DNA of 64,000 bases from Candidatus Campbellbacteria bacterium GW2011_OD1_34_28 (GTDB lineage Bacteria > Patescibacteriota > Minisyncoccia > Phycocordibacterales > UBA12079), in the NCBI GenBank assembly GCA_001029775.1, contig CP011215.1, positions 187,187 to 251,186 on the forward strand, read 5' to 3'. The translations under genes were made by a program, and so were the position numbers. How positions within the stretch are numbered: position 1 is the first letter of the stretch; every line of letters starts with the position of its first letter. The notes beneath the pieces were generated by a model, which saw nothing but the letters and a program-made list of their open reading frames with translations, made no database searches and was not told the origin of the DNA. Positions 58,207-64,000 of this stretch are shown here, in pieces.

Positions 58207-59715
58207 ATGGTATTTATGGATAGTAATAGATTTTTGTTTTTGATTGCGTTTATTGTTGGTGTTTCTGTCATGGCGATGGAAATAACTGCTTCAAGGATAT
58301 TAGCCCCTCATTTTGGGACATCTATTTTTGTTTGGACAAATATAATTGGTGTAGTGATGATGTCTTTATCTCTTGGATATTGGTTGGGTGGTAAATTGGT
58401 TGATAAAAATCCAAGATTGGAATTGTTGTTGAAAATTATTTTAGGAGCGGGTTTGTTTTTTTTGGGGGTTCCTTTTTTATCAAATAATTTAATAGAGATG
58501 ATATCAGAAAATATTTTATTTTTTGATTCTGGAGTGACAATTTTATTTGTGGGTTCTTTTCTTTCAGCTTTTATTTTGTTTGGCTTTCCTATGTTTTTAC
58601 TTGGAATAACTAGTCCTTTTTTAATAAAACTATACTCTGTTAATAATAAAGAACACGAAGGTGAGACTTCGGGAACCATTTTTGCGATTTCTACGCTGGG
58701 GAGTATTTTTGGGACATTTTTACCATCTCTTGTTCTGATTCCCTTTATAGGAACAAAATTTACAATTTATTTATTTTCCTGTATTTTAATATTTTTAGGT
58801 GTGGCGGGTGTTTTTAGTTTGAAAAACAAGTTTTTATTTTTGATTATTCCTTTTATTTGTTTTTTTTCTTTAAATCCTTCCATTTCAACAAATGCCAGCA
58901 CTGTTATAGAAAAGGAATCTATATATCAATTTATAAATGTTACTAGTTACGACAATAGAAAATATTATATTTCTTACAACGAGGGTAGGGGAACTCAGTC
59001 CATTTTGGATAAAGATAATTTTTTAACAGGCCAATATTATGATTATGCTTCACTTTTACCATTAATGAAAGACTCTGGCACACTAGAATATTTACTTGTC
59101 GGTTTGGCGGGAGGAACAATAGTAAATGCCCTAGACAAGATTTATGGTAAAGATATCAATGTCACAGCGGTTGAAATAGACAAAGATGTAATAGAAATTT
59201 CAAATAATTTATTGAATTTAGAAAATTCATCTTTGAATGTTGTAAATATGGACGGGAGAATGTTTTTAAAATTTAACAAAAAGAAATACGATTTTATTTA
59301 TATAGATGTTTATATTAATGAGATGTATGTGCCTTGGACATTTTCAACTTCTGAATTTTGGAAGATTGTGAAAAATTCTCTAAAAGAAGATGGCGTTGTT
59401 GGAATAAATTTGTTTTCTGGCGGTGAAAATACTGATTTTTTGAAAATTTTTTCTAACACAATTGCAAAAGAATTCAGTCATACTTATGGTTTGTGGCCGA
59501 TAAAGAATGGCTCTTATAATTATGCTGTTTTTGCATCAAATGAGAGCATCAATTTTGATAAAATGAAGCAAAAAAAAGAATATAAAGTGTTGAGTGATCA
59601 GATTGATTATTTTTTAAACAACTATATTGATATTAATTATTCTGAGGATATAAAAGTATTTACCGATGATTGGTGCCCCGTTGAGTTTTTGACAGATAAA
59701 ACAATTTTTAATTAA
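58207..59715 (+). CDS. Fused membrane domain / spermidine-synthase-like methyltransferase
   Basis: MEITASRILAPHFG, STLGSIFG, GLAGG, VEID, DGR, TDD. Confidence 0.8.
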   Translation: MVFMDSNRFLFLIAFIVGVSVMAMEITASRILAPHFGTSIFVWTNIIGVVMMSLSLGYWLGGKLVDKNPRLELLLKIILGAGLFFLGVPFLSNNLIEMISENILFFDSGVTILFVGSFLSAFILFGFPMFLLGITSPFLIKLYSVNNKEHEGETSGTIFAISTLGSIFGTFLPSLVLIPFIGTKFTIYLFSCILIFLGVAGVFSLKNKFLFLIIPFICFFSLNPSISTNASTVIEKESIYQFINVTSYDNRKYYISYNEGRGTQSILDKDNFLTGQYYDYASLLPLMKDSGTLEYLLVGLAGGTIVNALDKIYGKDINVTAVEIDKDVIEISNNLLNLENSSLNVVNMDGRMFLKFNKKKYDFIYIDVYINEMYVPWTFSTSEFWKIVKNSLKEDGVVGINLFSGGENTDFLKIFSNTIAKEFSHTYGLWPIKNGSYNYAVFASNESINFDKMKQKKEYKVLSDQIDYFLNNYIDINYSEDIKVFTDDWCPVEFLTDKTIFN

Positions 59716-59750
59716 ACAAACCCGCTTTTTAGCGGGTTTGTTGTGTCTTT

Positions 59751-59987
59751 TTAAAACAAGTCGTCTTCTGGTTCTACATCGTCGTACAAATCTTCTGCTC
59801 CTAGATCATCTCCATCTTCTTTGTTTGCCACACACACATCGCAGTCTCCACAAGTACATTCTCCATCCTTGGCAATACATTCTTCACACTCTCCACAACT
59901 GCAGATATCTGGTTCAACATCTCCTCCAATAACAGCATCTAAATCCTCATCAGCCAAGACACCTTCGTTTATATTTTCTTCTTCCAT
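59751..59987 (-). CDS. Small acidic Cys-rich peptide
   Basis: LADEDLDAVIGG followed by CxCxxCxxC twice; terminator at 59716-59742. Confidence 0.7.
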   Translation of the reverse strand: MEEENINEGVLADEDLDAVIGGDVEPDICSCGECEECIAKDGECTCGDCDVCVANKEDGDDLGAEDLYDDVEPEDDLF

Positions 59988-60119
59988 TTTATTTTTTTAA
60001 ATTGGTTTTTAAAATTGACCATTAAAAGTTTCACAACTTTGATTTAACCCATTTTTATCAAATTTAAACAGTTTGTGCAATATAGACTTATCCCCAAAAA
60101 GAATGTGTGGTCTATAAAT

Positions 60120-60216
60120 CCTACTTACCCCTTACACCTCTCTCCTTACCCCTCACACCTTACCCCTTACACCTCTCTCCTTACCCCTCACACCTCACAC
60201 CTTACACCTTAATCCT
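60120..60216. repeat. Degenerate heptamer tandem repeat (CCTTACA/CCTCACA/CCTTACC)
   Basis: About 13 seven-base units directly after the ruvC stop. Confidence 0.85.
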
Positions 60217-60691
60217 AATTTCTGTGACTCGCTAAATGAGTAAGCCCAACCGCGATAGCATCGTATTCGTCATCATGTTTTATTTCCTTTTCTATCTTGA
60301 TAAGACGGAGAACCATATCAGTTACTTGTTTTTTGTCGCTTTTTCCATATCCAGTAACGGCTATCTTTATTTGTAGGGGAGTGTATTCAAAAACTGGAAT
60401 TTTGTTCAACATCGCCTGATACATTATTACGCCTCTTGCTTCTGATACACCCATAACTGTTTTTTGGTTGTTGGTAAAAAATAATGTTTCTATGGCGAGT
60501 GCTTTTGCACCGTACTCTCTTATTATCTTATTTATTTCTTGCCCAATTAAAAATAGTCTTTCTGTAAGGGGAAGTTTCGGAGATGTTTTAAAACAATCAG
60601 AATAAATCAATTTTTCTTTTTGTCCGCCCTCTTTTTCTATAATAGCAATCCCTACTCTTTCGTATCCGGGATCAATAGATATTATTTTCAT
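60215..60691 (-). CDS. ruvC: Holliday junction resolvase RuvC
   Basis: ISIDPG, AIETLFF, EARGV, EYTPLQIK, DDEYDAIA. Confidence 0.93.
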   Translation of the reverse strand: MKIISIDPGYERVGIAIIEKEGGQKEKLIYSDCFKTSPKLPLTERLFLIGQEINKIIREYGAKALAIETLFFTNNQKTVMGVSEARGVIMYQAMLNKIPVFEYTPLQIKIAVTGYGKSDKKQVTDMVLRLIKIEKEIKHDDEYDAIAVGLTHLASHRN

Positions 60692-60784
60692 AATATCAAG
60701 TATAAAGTAGCCAGTATAAGAGAGCAAGAAATGAAAAACCCCGATTGCTCGGGGTTTGGGTGTTTGGCGGATAGAGAGGGGTTT

Positions 60785-61138
60785 TTAAATTTTTTTGCCG
60801 CCCTCTTCTTTTTCAGGAAGTTTTATTTCTGGAAATTTAATTTCTCGAAAATCGATATCAAGACTTCCATGTAGGGTAGCTGATATCATAAATTTTTCCG
60901 TCTGAAATAGTTTGGTCAGTAAATAAATTTCATCATCAGAAATTATTGCTTCATCTTTCATTTTTATACTAACTACTCGATTTCCCCAATCTTCTTGGAT
61001 TTCTTTAATCTTTTCGTAAAGTCTTTCTGACAAGCGAAGCTTAACTTCTTTGCTTGCTAAAATATTTCCCCAAAAAGTGTTGCAATTCATTCTTGCCTCC
61101 TCCTTTCTTTTTATCTTGTCGATATTCTCATCTTTCAC
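60785..61138 (-). CDS. Hypothetical protein
   Basis: ORF inserted between yebC and ruvC; AGGAGG before the ATG at 61090 suggests a later start. Confidence 0.45.
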   Translation of the reverse strand: MKDENIDKIKRKEEARMNCNTFWGNILASKEVKLRLSERLYEKIKEIQEDWGNRVVSIKMKDEAIISDDEIYLLTKLFQTEKFMISATLHGSLDIDFREIKFPEIKLPEKEEGGKKI

Positions 61139-61245
61139 TAGACTATCTTAAAATATTTCAAAAATCAACATATTAAAATTATTTAGAAATTAGATATTAG
61201 TAATTAGAAATTAAACGCAGAAAACAGGAGTCGAGCCCCTGTTTT

Positions 61246-61776
61246 TTATTCTGCGTTTGTATAAACTTCCTGCACATCCTCATTTTCTTCAAATTCTTCA
61301 ATTAATTTGTTCAATTTTTCTCCATCCTCTTCAGAAATTTTGACCATTGTATTAGGAATATATTCTGCCCCTGTTTTTGTGAAAGCCCATGAAGCAGATC
61401 CTGTCGCTGCCAAAGAAAAACCATTTCTAGTCAGAATATGCCTGATTTCCTGAGCAGTTTTGTTTTTGTTGTCTGTTAATCCATCTATTATAAGAGCTGT
61501 TCCTCCAGGGCCATAAGCTTCGTAAACAACCTGCTCCATATTTGTTGAATTTGATTCCGCCCCTTTTTTTATTGCTCGGCTGATGTTGTCAGAGGGCATA
61601 TTGGCCGCTTTGGCTTTTTCAACAGCTGATTTCAGGCTGGGTGAGTCAATGTTTCCTCCAGAAGCCTTTGATTCGTTTTGAATAAGTTTTACAAGTTTAG
61701 AAAAAATCTTGCTTTTTTGAGCATCGCTGGCTTCTTTTTTGTGTTTAATTTTTGACCATTTATTATGTCCGGACAT
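61246..61776 (-). CDS. yebC: YebC/PmpR family protein (short form)
   Basis: MSGHNKWSKIKHKK, YEAYGPGG, TDNKN, DVQEVYTN. Confidence 0.92.
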   Translation of the reverse strand: MSGHNKWSKIKHKKEASDAQKSKIFSKLVKLIQNESKASGGNIDSPSLKSAVEKAKAANMPSDNISRAIKKGAESNSTNMEQVVYEAYGPGGTALIIDGLTDNKNKTAQEIRHILTRNGFSLAATGSASWAFTKTGAEYIPNTMVKISEEDGEKLNKLIEEFEENEDVQEVYTNAE

Positions 61777-61924
61777 AAATTTGAGTTGTTAGTATTAAGT
61801 AATAAGTAATAAGTTAACGATATTATAAAAACATAATTTAATCAAGAATGTTTACTTTTTTAGTCGGATGTGTATTATAGAGAAAGGAAATTTTGTTGAT
61901 AAATCCATTAAACGAGGTGTTTTT

Positions 61925-62308
61925 ATGATTACAAACGAGAAGTTTCACGAATTGGCTTATGGTAGTACGCTTATTGAATTGATTTTGTGTGTACTTCTTT
62001 CTGAGGATTTTGTAAACCCATCAAATTACATGAAAGAAGGGGCAATATCGCTGGATTATACATTGAGTAATTACGAAAAAGCTCTTTTCACTTGCATGCA
62101 GAGGTTTTTTAAAATATCAGGCGAGATGGAGACGATCGCATCAATAACAAACGGGGAACAGATGAACGACGCGATAAGACAAATGAATTTTGCTTCTCAA
62201 AATTACAATGCTTGTCGTCACTTGCTTTGGTGTGAATATCAAAAACGATTTCCCCATCTTGAACCGCTAAATTTGTCGGTGGGCAGTAATTTTCAATTGT
62301 TCGTTTAA
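61925..62308 (+). CDS. Hypothetical protein
   Basis: GAGGTG before the ATG at 61925; terminator follows. Confidence 0.55.
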   Translation: MITNEKFHELAYGSTLIELILCVLLSEDFVNPSNYMKEGAISLDYTLSNYEKALFTCMQRFFKISGEMETIASITNGEQMNDAIRQMNFASQNYNACRHLLWCEYQKRFPHLEPLNLSVGSNFQLFV

Positions 62309-62498
62309 TAATTTTATTATCAAAAAACCCCGACCTGTCTAGGTCGGGGTTTTTAAATATCTAATTTTTATAGAACCTGTTTTTAAACGGAATGTGAATA
62401 TTAGGTGTGGCGGTATTTACTTTTTTAGGAGTGTGGCGTATTCTGTCTTTAGATTTGAGGCTAAAAACTTTATTTTTTACAACAGAGAGGATATTATT

Positions 62499-62978
62499 AT
62501 GCTTATGAAAGAATTGGAAAAATTTATGAGTCTTCGCAGAAATAATTTTGTTGAAAGAATGAAAAACGCTACAGACGAAGATTGGAATCTTTTGGATGAG
62601 GCATTAAAGATAAAAAATTATCCCGATAATAATATTGTGTTTTGGGCATTGCAAGTTATTGGTGATAGGACAGAAACAGACGAGAAACTTGTCGATACTG
62701 CCTGCTCTATTTTATACAAAGTTTATTCTGATTCCGTGGTAGACGAAGTTCCTGAAAAAATTGTAAGCAACTTAATAAAAATATATTCAGACAAAAAATA
62801 TGAATATGCACGATTTCGTTCAGCCTGCGTAGTTTATCTTTTAGGAAAAAGTGAATCACCTGTAAGGGGTGTTATTAAATCAGAAGTTGATTTTTATAGT
62901 GCGCTAGATGTTATAAAAGAATTTTACACCAAAGACGATAGCTTGCGAGACTTTATCGAAAACAAAGTCCTTGCATAG
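62499..62978 (+). CDS. Hypothetical helical protein
   Basis: GAGGA before the ATG at 62499; terminator follows. Confidence 0.55.
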   Translation: MLMKELEKFMSLRRNNFVERMKNATDEDWNLLDEALKIKNYPDNNIVFWALQVIGDRTETDEKLVDTACSILYKVYSDSVVDEVPEKIVSNLIKIYSDKKYEYARFRSACVVYLLGKSESPVRGVIKSEVDFYSALDVIKEFYTKDDSLRDFIENKVLA

Positions 62979-63032
62979 AATATAAAAATCCGTAGCGAAA
63001 GCTACGGATTTTTTAAATTCTAAATTCTATTT

Positions 63033-64000
63033 CTAAATTCTGTCATTTGGGTATTTTATACCCAAATGACCGTAGGCTTTTTCTGTAGCGGTTCTTCCGC
63101 GTGGTGTTCTCTCCAGTAGTCCTAATTGAATTAGATATGGTTCGTTTACTTCTTCAATTGTTGCCGATTCTTCCGATAGGGCGGCACCCAATGTTCCAAG
63201 TCCTACAGGACCTCCGTTGAATTTGTTTATTATTGCATCTAGCAATTTTCTGTCGGATTCGTTTAGACCCAATTCGTCTATTCCTAAAAGTAACAATGTT
63301 TTATCTACAATATCTTTACTCAAAGATTCTTTGTTTACTTGGGCAAAGTCACGACATCTTTTCAAAAGAAAGTTTGCTGTTCTTGGTGTAAAGCGACTTC
63401 TCTTTGCAATCTCCAATGCTGTTTCATCTGTTACTTCTATGTTCAAAATTTTTGCCGATCTTTTTATTATTTTTGCTATCTCTTCATTTTTGTAAAATTC
63501 CAATCTAAATGTTCCTCCTGAAAAACGAGAGCGAAGAGGGGAGGACATCAGAGCAATTCTGGTTGTGGCAGATATCAAAGTAAAAGGAGGCAGTTCCAAC
63601 TGGATGGTTCTGGCGGAAGGGCCTTTTCCGATGATGATATCCAAACTACCCGATTCCATAGCAGGATACAAAATTTCCTCAATATTTTTATTAAGTCTGT
63701 GAATTTCATCTATAAAAAGAATATCTCCGTTTGAAAGGTTTGTCAGAATTGAAGCGAGGTCGCCGACTTTTTCAATTGCAGGACCAGATGTTACTTTCAT
63801 CTGTGCTCCGATTTCTTTGGATATCAAATGGGCGAGAGTAGTTTTGCCAAGTCCGGGTGGTCCATAAAAAAGAATATGTTCTGGTTGATGATTTCTTTCT
63901 CGGGCAGCGGTTAAAAGTATTTTCAAATTGTCTTTTATTTGTTTTTGACCAATATAATCATCCCACTCGCTTGGTCGTAGAGCGTTATCAAGAAATAGTT
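63033..64000 (-). CDS. ruvB: Holliday junction helicase RuvB (5' end outside the window)
   Basis: [36 protein letters not shown]; frame stays open to the window edge ([12 protein letters not shown]). Confidence 0.95.
   Translation of the reverse strand, partial: LFLDNALRPSEWDDYIGQKQIKDNLKILLTAARERNHQPEHILFYGPPGLGKTTLAHLISKEIGAQMKVTSGPAIEKVGDLASILTNLSNGDILFIDEIHRLNKNIEEILYPAMESGSLDIIIGKGPSARTIQLELPPFTLISATTRIALMSSPLRSRFSGGTFRLEFYKNEEIAKIIKRSAKILNIEVTDETALEIAKRSRFTPRTANFLLKRCRDFAQVNKESLSKDIVDKTLLLLGIDELGLNESDRKLLDAIINKFNGGPVGLGTLGAALSEESATIEEVNEPYLIQLGLLERTPRGRTATEKAYGHLGIKYPNDRI

Noticed and set aside
60120-60216. CRISPR array
   Set aside because: Contiguous 7-bp units with no unique spacers; no cas genes or repeat-spacer arrays seen anywhere in the window
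61246-61776. yebC pseudogene because of short length
   Set aside because: Both termini and core motifs are intact in one frame; it reads as a naturally shortened form
1-64000. Alternative genetic code (UGA recoded as Gly)
   Set aside because: Conserved genes are full length under code 11 and several end in TGA (e.g. comM, rnpA)

Overview
AT-rich chromosomal segment that reads as a Patescibacteria/CPR (Parcubacteria-like) genome using standard code 11 (TGA is used as a stop). It spans the origin region. Housekeeping genes: dnaA-dnaN, rpmH-rnpA-yidC-jag, rsmA, pcrA, pnp, rpsO, cca, xth, a xerC-like recombinase, ruvC-yebC-ruvB, PBP1A and comM. It also holds a branched-chain amino-acid ABC locus built from three divergent TrmB/substrate-binding-protein modules, three tRNAs (Pro-TGG, Gly-TCC, Arg-TCG) and the chromosomal CPR T4SS-like cluster (VirB6-like, PrgI, VirB4-like, pilin). 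The most striking signals are non-coding or tiny. (1) Every tRNA carries a ~200-bp tail made of a hairpin, an antisense copy of its own 3' half, a structured core and a sense copy of its 3' half. (2) A ~290-nt multi-stem RNA with its own promoter and terminator matches no family I can recognise. (3) Four-helix-bundle genes are bracketed by inverted low-complexity arms, and solo arms are scattered through the window. (4) A 20-bp palindrome, CCTGCCTGCCGGCAGGCAGG, is inserted precisely into other repeats and probably into a gene. (5) A covarying hairpin family follows rpsO, dnaA and dnaN. (6) There is a parS cluster partly inside yraN and a candidate oriC ~16 kb away from dnaA. (7) Two small Cys-rich peptides are present, one of them absent from the ORF track. 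All calls come from reading the sequence by eye; no searches were run.
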